In this document: positions 1 to 14,471 of the stretch, piece by piece
How the letters are laid out: each line of letters starts with the position of its first letter
How positions within the stretch are numbered: position 1 is the stretch's first letter
NCBI RefSeq assembly: GCF_006345805.1
Contig: NC_042998.1
Location: 189,968,001-190,032,000 of the forward strand
Length of the DNA: 64,000 nt
DNA from: Octopus sinensis
Taxonomy: Eukaryota
Reading direction: 5' to 3'
Notes under the pieces: generated by a model
What the model saw: only the letters and a program-made list of their open reading frames with translations
What the model was told of the DNA's origin: nothing
The model's database searches: none
Program-made: the position numbers and the translations under genes

Positions 1-3000
1 ACCTTACTCTGCGTCTCTTTAGTCGAAACAACCTCACGACTGGACTGTTCGAATTTGCCACAACGTCTTAAGAATAGATACGTTAATTTTGAGATTCTTG
101 ATATTCTGCGTGCAGATGCAGATGCACGCATCAGCTAATAATTTATTTGCTGATTTCTACAAACAAGAGCTCATGCGGCTGCAGAGTAGCTTCGACTAGG
201 GAAACACACATGGAGGTCAGAATGCTGCGGTGTCTCGAAGCCCCGTTACATCGAAGAATCATGTGTGTTATGAATGCACATCGCCTAAAGGATAGAGGCG
301 TCCTTCTGAGCATATTAGAGAATATTTTAGAAGCTATTATTAAAGATTTGGCTAAAATACATTTTTCTTAAATTCCTTCATGGCACATCAAAACCAATAT
401 TCTACTTTGTGCAGAAAACAACCGAGAAAAAGTGATTTTATAAATCAGAATATTTCAATTGCGATGCGTTGTTATAGTTTTCAGTCCTTAGTTTCTTCTG
501 TATCTATATTCTAATGTTTACAATATTTGTTTTTACCATTAAATAGTATTCGAAGAATAACTCCCATTAAAAGAATAAATGGAGCTGAAAGAAAGAAAGA
601 AAGAAAGAAACAAACAAACAAACAAAAACACACGCATTAAAACAATAATTCGCGCTGTGAGAATAAACTGCGTTCAAAAATAATTCACATTGTAGGGAGA
701 AAATGACTAAAAAGAATATTCGTTTAAAAGAATAAAATACGTTAAGAAATTAGCGTTAAAAAATATATATTGCGTTGAAAGAATATTCTGCAGTCACAGA
801 AAAAAATTGCTTTGAAAGAATATATAAAATACTGCTTTCAGATATAGAATAAATCTTCTGTATCTGCATTGTAAGAAATTATGAGAGAAAATTCTTATTT
901 CGTCATAATTATATTATTTATCATTAGCACTGTCGAAAAGGGGAATTAAAATTGCACTCACTGCATTCAATGTATAATGCTTCCATATTTATCTTTCGGA
1001 GATTTTTTTTTACTCACATTTCTTACGACCTCTTACAGCTAAATAGATTATATCATCATATATTGTCTTATTTATAGTTAAATTTAGCATAAAATCTTTC
1101 AAGATGTATACATTTCTGGAGCCGAAATACTTCTATCGAAATATTTCTTATTCAGGTACTGAAATTATTGTCGTTGTTGTTTTGGTTGAAATCCAAATCG
1201 AAATTTGGGCTTCAACCATATTCAAACCACGACCATTGTGTCTATTATTCAGACAACATAAATAGATCCTTATGATTAAGATGTGTCCTTTCTTTTTAAG
1301 GATTCTAGGAGATTTGTGTGCTACTTCTAGCAGTTATCTCGTTCACATTGAGTCCTTTTCGTTGGCTCCTTGAATAATCGAAGTACTTCATAAATGCAGA
1401 ATAGTCTTAAACTGACACAATAAAACTACTCATGTCTATCAACGATAACTGAATTGCGTAACATTTTACTCTTTAACAAGTAGTCTGATTAATACAGAAT
1501 TCTAGTGCTTCTATGAATTATATTTAAGAGTTTCCTGTAAGTAGCATTTGTAAACCGTAATTAGTCAATTCCTATAAAAGAGTATAATTTCGTCTTAATG
1601 GTCCGCAACATTTTGAAGAAGAAGCAGTTGAAAATTTACTACAAGTTCAATACAGTGTATCGGCAGATGAAATGTGCGTCAATATATAAAATATCTAAGT
1701 CGATTTGAGGAAAAGAAACTAACCACGGGGATACAAAGTAATATAATTTACGTTCTAATTATAAAAACGTTTTGAACAATGCTCCTTCCTCAATAAAAAA
1801 GCAGGGCAAAAAGGAACGGAGGTTAGATAGAAATAGGTTTGCTGCTTTATCGTGTACGTAACTTGATGAATGAAATATTACTCGTGGCTAGTAAATCAGA
1901 AATAGATAACCCTGTTCTTCTCTAAAAACAACAGAGAGTGATTTGAAGACAGTATGTGTTTCTATATTTCCATTTAAAGATTTCAAAATAAATGAGTGAT
2001 TTAAATGATGATCGTTTCTTGACTTCAAAACAGATCAATCCAAACTTTGTGAGTAAACTGGGAAGACGGAAGCTTTGCAGATGTCCGCTGGATGTATTTG
2101 AGTTCTTGGGTGGTTGACGTAATGCATCTTCCAGTTTAACACCATCAACTGTCTCTTGAATATTTTTAACTGAGTCCACTCTGTTTCACGTATTCGTTCC
2201 AAGTTCCTTCTTTTTCCTATTAATATGGAAGGCCGTTCAGAAACATCATAAGTGTTTCTCTTTTGTGACTAAGCTTTAAAATAGTATAAAGATACTTCTT
2301 TCAGAAAGTAACAAAAATTACAGTACACATTTAACGCCCAGTACTTCGCTGTTGCATGCCTTTGTGTTGTGAGACCCTTCTTAGTTACAAATCCAAACCA
2401 AAGACGAAACCTCCACACGTTGCTTGACAGGCTAGAATATTAGATAAAACAAATCACACGCGACATCTTAAATATTATTTTGGATAATGTAGTTTCAGTT
2501 ATAGAGAGTCCGAAAAAAGTATGGTATTGAACATCTGGACATTTTAAATATCTTTGATTATAGATTTTCTTTATTAAGCTCAACATCTCTGTAAATACTT
2601 TCTGAAATAACTATTTCTAATTTAGGCAAAATCCAGTAATTTTTAGGTGTGAGTGTAGTCGATATGATATACTCTTGTACTTACTTGCACTGTATTTTAT
2701 CGATCCCAGATGGATTTGAAATTAGAATGTAATGAACCGGAAGAAATCCTGCAAGGCATTTTAACCGAGACCCAAATGATTCTAACAGCTTGTTTAGTAT
2801 AACAGAAAAAGGTACTGCACAAATGGAGTTTTGGAAAGTTCTGTGAATAAAAGACTGCATAATGTTTGGTGTGATGTTTATATTAATAATAGTGGGATAA
2901 GATACTGAATAAGGGTTATATGTCGATGAGAAGTGTGTAAAATGCTTCAGTAAGGTAACATTTACGAAATAAATAGGTTCTCTGCACGGCATATATTTGG

Positions 3001-3872
3001 ACTGACAGTACCAGAAAGATTCTCGATTCCAATATATTTGAAGAATAATGAGTATTTTTAGGAAACATATTTTTGATGAAAATATTAAGCTTCAGAGTTG
3101 ATGTTTCCATCTATGTATAAAAGAACTGGTTCTTTAAATGGGAATATTTCAAGGCGAAAAGAAAGGATTAATCTTGGCGATATTTGATCTACGGAAAATA
3201 GCTACGATATTGAAAAGTTGTTTACTGTGTAAAATCACCAAACTTTTAAGCTCTGTACAAATATGGAGCAACTTGGAAAATTATAGACACACTCCAATAA
3301 TATCAAATGACATTCATGCTCGCTGATTTTTTTTTTTTTTAGTTAATATCAGTTGGAGGCTAATGTTCATTGTCTTCAAATTCTAACTTGGTGGTTTTAA
3401 GGCAGTTAAGTAAAATTATTAGAATCAAGAATTATCAGAAGGATGAAAAAATAAAAATCATAGACATGGTGAAGTTTTAGAAGAACTGATCCTGCTGAGA
3501 TTTTAACATTGGTTCTTCACAAAAGATTTTCATGAATTTCACGTGCCTTTAATATATTTCAACTCACTATATCTTCAATGACTAAGAAGAATAAAAAGCA
3601 ATCATCTAAAATAGTTGGTCTTTGTAAATTAAATAATCAATACTGCCTTTTCTTTTAATTTTCAATATTTTTGCTTTTCGAAATACCGTGGAAACTTGGA
3701 TTAAAATCCCCTCTATTAATATAGCAATTTGATAACTAATATAATTTTCAAAGTGCATTCTACAATTCAATATATATCGAGTCGAAAATTTATATCATAC
3801 AATAGTACGCAGATAATTGTTACAAACATACATACACATATATGCATGCATACACACACATACATACATACA

Positions 3873-3903
<31 letters not shown>

Positions 3904-6204
3904 CACACACACATACATGCATACATACACACATATATGATACACTACTAGACAGATAATTAGCTATCTATCTATAGCACACTGTATATATATATATACA
4001 AACATTATATTATATTACATGAAGCATGTTTTTTTTCGCAGATATCAATTTAGTATGTTTGTAATAGTATACAACGAAATAGGATAAAGGATTTATAAGT
4101 TATTTATAAAATTTTATTGATATTATTTTCAATTTTCTCATATGCTAAAACAATATTTTATTTTCAAATCAAAAATATACTTACTTTTAGTCATTTATAA
4201 CTTCCCGAAGTTTGGTACAATTCAATAATATTGTTTGTTTGTTTTAAAATTAGTGGGATACGACACTATAAAATGTTAAATTCCCTTCATTTACCATTCT
4301 GACTTCCCCTCAGTGCTAGTATAGCGATAATATAACATTGACTTTTGTATAATGGAAGGGAGGGTTGTCATGCCATCTAGTTTACTCTCCGCCACATAGT
4401 CCTTGAGTGTTTTTAAAGGAAATCCTTCAGTTACAAACAATCTGATTCTATCCCTACTCAAATATTTTCTCTGAAGATATCCACACTGAGTATTACCTGT
4501 ATCAGTATCAACGGTCACTCTTTTACCTCTGAATTTCAGCCATGCCATCTTACCGCTTTTACTCTTCTGCCACTTCTACAATAGCTTCTGCTCCTCCGAG
4601 CTAGTTCGTAGCATACTATTTTCACCCAAGCCTATCTATCTCAACGTTTCTCCACCACTCGATGCTTATTCTGTATCTAATTTCCAAAGCCGCGCACTAA
4701 CCCTAATCCAGTTCATCCGCACTAGGTCTTCAGCCCTCTGAAATTCCTTTTTCCATAGGTGTCAATCTTTAGCCTTCCAGTTTGAACATCTGCCACATAA
4801 ATGTGACCAGTCACAGAGATCTTGCATAAGTCATGAGATCTTGCATAGTACTTCCTTCTATGACTAGCCTACAAAAGAGAGTAAAATATGCGTAAATTTA
4901 ATTGAATCTGCTTGCTTATTATTCGTTAGCCGTATAAAATAACTTTGAATCCCTAGAGTTACTGATTTATTTTTAAGGTTGGTTCATTCAGGTAAACAGA
5001 ACTTATTAGAGCAGTAGAATTAGTTAAAAAGCAACAGCAAGCAGATGTTTAAGAATTTCTTAATAGTTACATGGGTTTCAAGTTAGGCCCAACAGTGCAG
5101 CAAATAGGCACGTATATTTTAATCTGAGGTTAACCTGAGGTTTACCTACAACTTATGAGTGAAGTTAGGTTGACAGAAACTGTGTGGAAGTCATTTAGAT
5201 GGACTGTACTAGTTTGAGATAGCAGAGTTTTATTTTTCTGAGGGTCGGTTTAACGACCCCACCCGGCTTGTGTGTCTATAAAAGAATCCAATGTGTTGCA
5301 AGCATCCAGACAAGACCTCCGGTCTGAGGGTAACATCCCTCCTCTCTTCTTTTTCCCATTAGTCTTTCAAGCCATGCTGTCCTTCATCTTCTGACTAAAC
5401 CATATACGAAAATACAAAATACAGTAGAGATTTAGCGGAAATTTAAGATATAGAAATATTATAAGAAATATACAGTAATTGTATTGACAGATGTTGACTT
5501 ACTACAAAAATGACGCTCGTTAATCTGTATCGAAGAAGCTGAAAAGAAAGCAAATATTGATGAAATAAATAGATAAACAAATAAAAAATATTCTCTTTTG
5601 GAATCCTCTTTTCATATTTGTAGGATTTATAGGTGAGAATATAATAAAATATCTGGGAGGGATTTAAAAAATTAACCCGTATTCAAATAACACAAAGAAA
5701 TTCTATATTTAATGAGTTTCAGGAAAGCAGGCATGCACAGACATACATACATACACACACACACGTGCGTGTGTGTATTAAATAAATATGTATATGTATA
5801 TATGTGTGTGGATATGTATGTATGTATGTATGTAAATGAATTCATCAATTCTTTTCTTTTGTCAAGCATGAAATATATAAAACAAAATAAAACAAAATAA
5901 AATAAAATATAGTGAAAAGTTTTTGTCTGCTTTCGAGCAATTCCAACTTGAATCTCTCTTGAGGAATCCTTTTGGAAGCTAGATGTGTCTTTTCTTCCCT
6001 TGATTTCTTCTATTCTATTTGATGGCTCTTATTTAGTCCCACCTTCTAATTCAATTTCATCGATATTTCAACTATCTGAAAGAGTAAGAGACATTAAGAG
6101 CATTCCCAAAAGTCACTGAACTCTGATTCAGCTCTTTTACATGCTAATCACAAAATCTTTTGATTTGATTTGTTGCTATGGTTCATTGGTTACACGTAAC
6201 TACG

Positions 6205-6290
6205 TCTTCTTCTCCTTCTTCTCCTTCTCCTTCTTCTTCTCCTTCTTCTTCTTCTCCTTCTTCTTCTCCTTCTTCTTCTTTTTCTTCTTT
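6205..6290. repeat. (TTC/TCC)n compound microsatellite
   Basis: Direct reading. Confidence 0.95.
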
Positions 6291-7385
6291 CTCACTGTTC
6301 CCTCAACATCTATACACATTTCCTCTGCGTCCATTCATCAACTGCTTTCTTCTTCAATGCACTTTTTCTGTTTTCATTGTCGTGACTACTCTCTTCTAAG
6401 CAGCTTCCTACATAAAAAACGCATAAAACACACATAAATGCACAAATATACACATATTGCTTCTCCATAAATAAGACAGCTATTGTCAAATCAATGAAGC
6501 ACTCAGAGCTAGGCTTGTTGTATTTCCCCATAAATCGACTAGCAATATTGTTTGGCTAGGATATCAATCGCTAGAAACTCAAGAGATCAAGTAGCTGTCT
6601 CCTCCCTCCTCTTCTTTTTATTTTCTTATTCTTCTCCTCCTTCTTCTATTTATAATTCCCTCTTTTCTCTCTTCAATCTTTGATTCACTTTGGATCTTTG
6701 AGCAGACAATAGATCTCCGTCTTTAAGAAATTAATATTCTCAATATATGGAACTAACTTTTTCCAAAGACTCTAATACATAGTTGAAAAATACTATATAT
6801 TTCTTTAAATTACTATTTTCAAAAACTTGATTTATCATTACAGATCACATGAGTTTGAGATCTCTGACACTAATTTAACCAATTTCATAGAAATAATTTC
6901 CGTACATTTTGAACACAAAATGATGACGACATTATATTACAAAAAAAAAAAATGTTTCTCAGGATTTCTTACAGATACACGTAGACAGACATACACGTGC
7001 ATGCATGCATACGCACATTCAACCACATAGACACACGCACACATACACAAAGACACACAAAACCGTCCGCTCACCGACGCTTATGTACACATGTACATAC
7101 AAAGAGGCACGCACAAAGAGACACGCGAAATCACATACATATAAATAGATAGGCGTTGGTTTCTGTTTAGGTATATGTGAGTTTCTGCCTGCTTACTGTG
7201 TCTGTGCACATTTACATATGGATAAGAGAGAAGATTAATATTACATGCCTGTCTATTTCTCCCTCGAAATACTACTTTCTTTGCGCCTGCGCTCGCGCAA
7301 ACACGCACACGTATGGAAAATATGAATGTATATGCGTTTGTGATTATATACATATATATATACATATATGTATAAATATATACTG

Positions 7386-7427
<42 letters not shown>

Positions 7428-7469
7428 TATATATATTATATATATATATATATGCATATATATATATAT

Positions 7470-7502
<33 letters not shown>

Positions 7503-7591
7503 CATAAAATAATAATAATAATGATGAAATTATTGTATACAGTGCTCAGGTGCACCACAACTTGTCAATATGTATACATACATATATGTAT

Positions 7592-7644
<53 letters not shown>

Positions 7645-8072
7645 TGTATTATATATATATTTCGCTTTAGCATTGCGATACTAATAGCCTGGTGTAGAAA
7701 CTCAATATATGTATGCTTCTGAACGAGGCGTTAGTCGAGTATAGAGCAGTAATTGAAAAAAAACCATGACTGACGAATAAACGATTATCTTGTGAACTTC
7801 ATTAACTTACAACTGTTTCCGATAGATTTATCGGAGCATCAAACACGAAGTACAATTTATTTGAGAAAACAGTTACATTCACTTTACCAAATATGTTTGA
7901 GGATTCGATGAAGGTATAAGGTGTTATATGCACTCAACTATGAGTCCACTGCATCTCATAGTAGAAACAGCTTGAAGCTAATGAAGTTTATAAGATAATC
8001 GTTTATTCGTTTCTCTGTCATCCCTTTTTCCTGTGTTTTATGAACCATTATACACACACACAGCCAGACACA

Positions 8073-8108
<36 letters not shown>

Positions 8109-8137
8109 ACACACACACAACACACACACACACACAT

Positions 8138-8173
<36 letters not shown>

Positions 8174-8228
8174 CAGAGAGAGAGAAAGAACAAAGTGTAT
8201 GTACGCCGCTATATATGTATATGTATAT

Positions 8229-8388
8229 AAAATACAAAATGGGACAAGAACGCAAAACATCCAGATAGACGATACAAAGAAAACAAGGACGAGTCATTCT
8301 TCGAATCGTCTAACTGGCTGTTTTGTTGTCCCTTTTTGTATCGCCTAGCTGTCCGGATATTTTGCGTTCTTGTCCCATATTGTATTTT
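8229..8388. repeat. Inverted repeat, about 60-bp arms, between (TA)-rich runs
   Basis: aaaatacaaaatgggacaagaacgcaaaacatcc vs ggatattttgcgttcttgtcccatattgtatttt. Confidence 0.85.
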
Positions 8389-8420
8389 ATATATATATAT
8401 ATAGCGGCGTAATACACTTT

Positions 8421-8422
<2 letters not shown>

Positions 8423-8508
<86 letters not shown>
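8423..8508. repeat. (TC)n microsatellite
   Basis: Uninterrupted TC run. Confidence 0.98.
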
Positions 8509-8510
<2 letters not shown>

Positions 8511-9037
8511 ATCTTTTAATTAGTCATGATTTCGCCTGTTATCATCATCGTTAGTATATCGTTAGCATTGATGATTACAGTCTTGTCAAAGGTAAGGTCA
8601 CCTTGGAATCTTCGAGACTAAAATTGATTGAAACTTGGAAGATGCATGCACTAAGTCTGATCTTGGAGATGCACAATGATAATAATGATGATGATTTGCG
8701 TGTGTGTGTGTGTTGTACGTGGGTGTTGTGTGTGTGAGTGTACGTATGTATATATTTTCTTATATTACATCTCTTCAGTGGCACCTGAATTTCATCAATT
8801 AATGACGGCCACCCAACAACGCTCCTAGTTCTCTGGCGAATTCTGTGAACCTGTCATTATATGAAAACCTTGTAATATTTTACTTACTGAGAAATTGCTT
8901 CAATATTCAATTGAAATGTTGTGTATTAGCCTTGCATCAGCTCTGATGGAGCAAATAAGTTTTCCAATCTTGACCATCTGGTTTGTGTTTATCCTTATAT
9001 ATATATATGCGTGTGTGTGTATGTGTATGTGTGTGTA

Positions 9038-9320
9038 TGGAGGGCAGCGGACTCACGGTCATAGGATCGCGGTTTCGATTCCCAGACCGGGCGTTGTGTT
9101 TATTGAGCGAACACACATAAAGCTCCTCGAGGCTCCGGCAGGGGGTAGTGGCGATCCCTGCTGTACTCTTTCACCACAATTTTCTCTCACTCTTTCTTCT
9201 GTCGGCCTGCTCGCTTAGCCAGCGGGGTGGCGTCATTTGAAGGCTAAAACAATGAGAAGCGCATTGTGACCAACAGCGATGTGTACCAACATCTGATAGC
9301 CTGGTCGGTCACGGTGATAT
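9038..9320 (+). mobile_element. tRNA-derived SINE family C
   Basis: ggtttcgattcccagaccgggcgttgtg head shared with 27780-28095; 3' part shared with 18118-18378. Confidence 0.82.
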
Positions 9321-9330
9321 GTATATATAC

Positions 9331-9399
<69 letters not shown>

Positions 9400-9633
9400 G
9401 AATATATATATATCTTATGAACTTCATTGCTTACTCCTGTTTCCAATAGTTTTATCGAAGCATCAGACATAAAAAGCTCGACTCTGCCAGCAGAGTAGTG
9501 AAAATGCTAAAACTGATGATTCAATATTCCACATAAAATATGTATGTTATATATAAAGTTAAGTTCATTGATTATTTTCTCCTTCAAATCGTATGGTCTT
9601 GTAACCATGCTGGAACCCAGCAGAGGATCCTTC

Positions 9634-9691
<58 letters not shown>

Positions 9692-9694
<3 letters not shown>

Positions 9695-10057
9695 GAGCAA
9701 AACGCGCCCCGTCCAATAGACGGTGCTGAGTTGTCAAACATTTAAACCAAATTTTCTCAAAACAACTTGTCCGACCGTCCCATAGGCCTCCCCTTTGAGA
9801 AACACTGATTTAACCTAAATTTGAGACACCAGCAAAAGACAAATTTCGACTGATGTACTTGAGCGTACAAATGCACATTCCCACGGCTTTATCGATCGCA
9901 TTCTCACCTGGAATCGATTTTTGTAATTTTTTCAAGACTTATACACGCCCTGATACCGTCGGCGTCTACATATCAAATTTGAGCGCAATCAGATGGAGGA
10001 TGCCCGAGATCCTAGAAGACACACACACACAGACAGAACGGATTTTATATAATAGAT
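9692..10057 (+). mobile_element. Non-autonomous Helitron/HINE-like element
   Basis: Starts tacgagc with subterminal hairpin ccgtc-caata-gacgg; ends (ac)n-agacaga...ttttatataatagat; no TSD. Same architecture as 62229-62624. Confidence 0.6.
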
Positions 10058-10731
10058 CTGTATTTATATGTCATTCTGTGTACACATATTTTCCCTTCAG
10101 GTATGAACCTGATAAAGTACCAGTTTGAGTTTTCGGGTTAATGTAATCGAGTAGACTCCTCCCCCAAAATTTCAGACTTTGTGCCCACAGTAGAAAGGAT
10201 TATTATTGTTATTGTTGCTGTTATTTACATTTGTCAGGTACAGAGGTGTTATAAAACTCTCTGAAAAATTTTGAATTATTATCAAGTCTTATAAAGTCTT
10301 TAGAATGTTGGCACATCTATTAAAATATGGATGGCAGATAGAAGACCTCTTTTAAACTTCCACATTTTTCTTGAATTTTATTGTATTCACGATCTTTTGG
10401 CGTATCATTTTCTCTATTAGAGGAATAGCAAGAGAGGTGCCGACTTTAGGTAAAAGAAAATGCAGGAACATTAGTTAATTATGATTTTAGTCAATATATT
10501 CCCCTCTCAGATTCACACACTTATTGCAGTGGTCCTTCAGTTTTTCTAAGCCCTGTAAAAGAACTCGGAAGGTTGGACCTCCAGCAAAGCCTTTCGCGAT
10601 ACCCTTAACGCCTTTAGGGTACGATAAAGTAAGTAGCAGTTAAGCACTGGGATCAATGTAATCGACTAAATTCTCCCCTAAAACTGCTGGCCTTATGCAA
10701 AAATTTGAAACCACCACCATCATCATCATTA

Positions 10732-10768
<37 letters not shown>

Positions 10769-10769
<1 letters not shown>

Positions 10770-10930
10770 TGAGTGAGGGAGCAGTGCATGCCATCAAAGT
10801 GACACTGGGGTAAAATATACGAAGCCCAGTATACCCATCATGATTATCCGTCTGATAAGAGTACACCGGGCACATGCATCACAACCATATGAGTGCGACA
10901 TAGTGAACTCGTATCAAGATAAACAGCGCA

Positions 10931-10931
<1 letters not shown>
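10769..10931 (-). mobile_element. Short retroposon 3'-end fragment embedded in (ATT)n
   Basis: 163-bp unique segment with (ATT)n on both sides; the left run reads as a (TAA)n tail on the - strand. Confidence 0.5.
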
Positions 10932-10967
<36 letters not shown>

Positions 10968-11133
10968 GGCATTTCGTCCGTACTTACGCTCTGAGTTCAA
11001 GTTCCACGAAGGTTGACTTTGCCTTTCACCCTTTCGGGGTCGATAAATTAAGTACCAGTGAAACACTTGGATTGATGTAATCGACTAGTCCCCTCCCACA
11101 AAATTTCATGCCTTTTGCTTTTGGTAGAAAGGA
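10968..11133 (+). mobile_element. SINE family B variant, 5'-truncated
   Basis: Core ctttcggggtcgataaattaagtaccag and tail gtagaaagga(tta)n. Confidence 0.82.
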
Positions 11134-11136
11134 TTA

Positions 11137-11182
<46 letters not shown>

Positions 11183-12341
11183 GGTTAGTCCCATTTCCAT
11201 CGTAATTGTTCCCAATCTCCGATTTACTACAATATTCTTATTGGAAATAGAATTATCTTTTATTTGCAATATACTCCTTATGCTCTTTAATTTCGTTCAT
11301 TATTACTTCATTGTTTATATTTAATATTAATCAACAAAATTTATTAATCACTATAGTGTTGCCTCTAACGTCATTAAATCAACGCTGACAAACCTGCAGT
11401 AGAAACAAAATCCTCCTCTTCCTTCTCCTACCATTCATCATCATCAACGTCGTCATTGCCGTCACGATCGTCGTCATAGCTATCAACATTGTCGTCATTG
11501 CTATAGTCTGCCACCATTTAATACAACAATATTTTTCTTTGTTTTACCATTGGAAAAAGCCAAAATTAATGCAATAAGTGAATAAAAACAAAAAATTATT
11601 TATGAGTATTATTTGTTAGCAATTATCTCTCTAAATTGGGATTCATTTTCATTTTATTTAAAATTGTTTTGCGTATTTTATTTTTCAGATTCGACATAAA
11701 GCCTTTTGCAAAATTCTGTTTCGTTGCATTTCTTTTATGATTCTTCAATATTTTCACTCTTCTGTCACCTGAAAATTGTCGACTGCTTAAAAATACAGAA
11801 ATACCGAAGGAGTGAAAATTCTAAAATAATTCTTCCAGTGACGAACACAAGACAAAGAACAAGTCACTTTAAACATAAAGCAAACCACAAAGTAAAATAA
11901 ATTTAAAACAACAGCAGAGCAAAATTAATTAATTGATTGAATAATTAATGAAAGAAAATTTATTTTATTATATTTCTAAGATTTCGGGTTATTTTAAGAA
12001 AATGGGTTTGTTTCGTCCTTTCTGGTGTTTTATTTTATTGTTATGTAATTTTATTGTTGTATTGCATTGTATTTTTCTTTTTTTTCTTTCTTTCTTTCTC
12101 TCTCTCTCTCTCTTAGCAAATTCTGTCACTCGTTTGTGATTCTGGGAAATATAACACGAAGTAAGAATTCAAAAATTATCTTCTTTCTGGAAGTCAGGAT
12201 AAATTATTGATTCCTGTCGAGAACATGTTTGTACAAAGGAAAGACTGAAATCGTTTCATGTTCATACCTTACTCAAAGCTGTTTGCAGTATAAGAAGAAT
12301 CAACTGACTTCATATATATATATATTTTTATATACATACAT

Positions 12342-12408
<67 letters not shown>

Positions 12409-12418
12409 ATGTGTGTGT

Positions 12419-13026
12419 GATTGTATAAATTAGAAATATTGCAATACAATAGTATTATTTTCCTGTTAAATAAAGCACCGTAAAGGTAGAATTATAAATA
12501 CGAAATAGTGAAGCTTTACATAGCTTCGTATGGTTATCGACTGCTATTTCCAGCAAACATTGGTGCCTTGTTGTGCCACTATTTCCTATTCATAATTCTA
12601 CCTTTACAGTGCTTTATTTAGCTGGAAAATAATACTATTGTATTGCAATAATATTAATAATTTTTATATAAAACTTTTTCACTGATCTCGGTTCTGTTTA
12701 TGGCTAAGCGTGCAACCAATTATACTGGCATTGATGTAGCGGATATTTTAAATTTCGTATTCGGCGAACCTAGCTGAAGAAGACTAACCTGATTTACGAT
12801 AACAAACATATTCTGGGAAGTCGGAAACCCGAGTACTAGGTTATCCATTCTAGGCTGTCTATTTAACCGGCGTTCTTCCTAGAGGAAAGATGAATTTTTT
12901 TATGTTCTCTGCCAGTACATATCTTTGCCTGTATACATTCAGTGAAGCTTTGCATAATCTTGTACGGTTATCGACTACTATTTCCTGAAAACATTGGTGA
13001 TTTGTTGTGCCACTATTTCATATATA

Positions 13027-13100
<74 letters not shown>

Positions 13101-13704
13101 ATGTGTGTGTGATTGTATAAATTAGAAATATTGCAATACAATAGTATTATTTTCCTGTTAAATAAAGCACCGTAAAGGTAGAATTATAAATACGAAATAG
13201 TGAAGCTTTACATAGCTTCGTATGGTTATCGACTGCTATTTCCAGCAAACATTGGTGCCTTGTTGTGCCACTATTTCCTATTCATAATTCTACCTTTACA
13301 GTGCTTTATTTAGCTGGAAAATAATACTATTGTATTGCAATAATATTAATAATTTTTATATAAAACTTTTTCACTGATCTCGGTTCTGTTTATGGCTAAG
13401 CGTGCAACCAATTATACTGGCATTGATGTAGCGGATATTTTAAATTTCGTATTCGGCGAACCTAGCTGAAGAGACTAACCTGATTTACGATAACAAACAT
13501 ATTCTGGGAAGTCGGAAACCCGAGTACTAGGTTATCCATTCTAGGCTGTCTATTTAACCGGCGTTCTTCCTAGAGGAAAGATGAATTTTTTTATGTTCTC
13601 TGCCAGTACATATCTTTGCCTGTATACATTCAGTGAAGCTTTGCATAATCTTGTACGGTTATCGACTACTATTTCCTGAAAACATTGGTGATTTGTTGTG
13701 CCAC

Positions 13705-13711
<7 letters not shown>
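12419..13711. repeat. Tandem duplication of about 600 bp (12419-13020 and 13111-13711)
   Basis: Offset 692/691; only a 1-nt indel seen in the unique part; junctions in (TA)n(TG)n. Confidence 0.95.
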
Positions 13712-13751
<40 letters not shown>

Positions 13752-14436
13752 AACAGGTTCCTGAACTTGAGTAAATTATATTTCTAACATTAGCGTAATT
13801 CTACGCTACTATCCCCCACGATACAACAACACTTCACTAACGACCACTAGAATACTACACCATCAGCAATAACTTGGGAACAACCGAAACAAACTACAGA
13901 ATTATCAATAATTATAGTCGTGAACAGAAGTGCAGGAAAAAAAGTAGCCGTTAGTGCCGTAAACTTGTAATGTTTAATGCAATAGTGTTGTAATGTTTAA
14001 TTCTGTAAAGTTGTGGCGGTTAGTGATATAAAGTTGAAACTTTAATCCCGATTTATACCGTAACCAAATAGTATAAATCGTTTCTCTTCTATTTATACCT
14101 CTATTATCTTTTAATGCCTTCGTTATCAGTTTTCATATGAATATGTTTCATTATATTAATTCTTATCTAACACGATCTCTCCATTCGTTACTATATTTAG
14201 GCAGATTTTAATCCATGCATTTTTTTCTTTATCAAAATATGCCTTTATCTAAACCGCGACATTTTTCTTTCCCAATGTGTCATTATCTAAACCACTGCTT
14301 CACAAATCAAGGCGGCGAATTATATATACGTGTGTATGTGTGTGGTGCGGTGTATGCGCTTGTGTGTGTGTGGGTGTATGTTTATACATATATATATGAG
14401 CGTACCTCTGTATGTGCGTGCGTGTGAGTGTATGTA

Positions 14437-14471
<35 letters not shown>

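Noticed and set aside
8-66. Possible 59-nt - strand exon at the window edge
   Set aside because: Too short, moderate splice signals, no context.
1922-2280. 85-aa - strand ORF with a nearby acceptor-like site
   Set aside because: All frames from the acceptor hit early stops; no recognisable homology.
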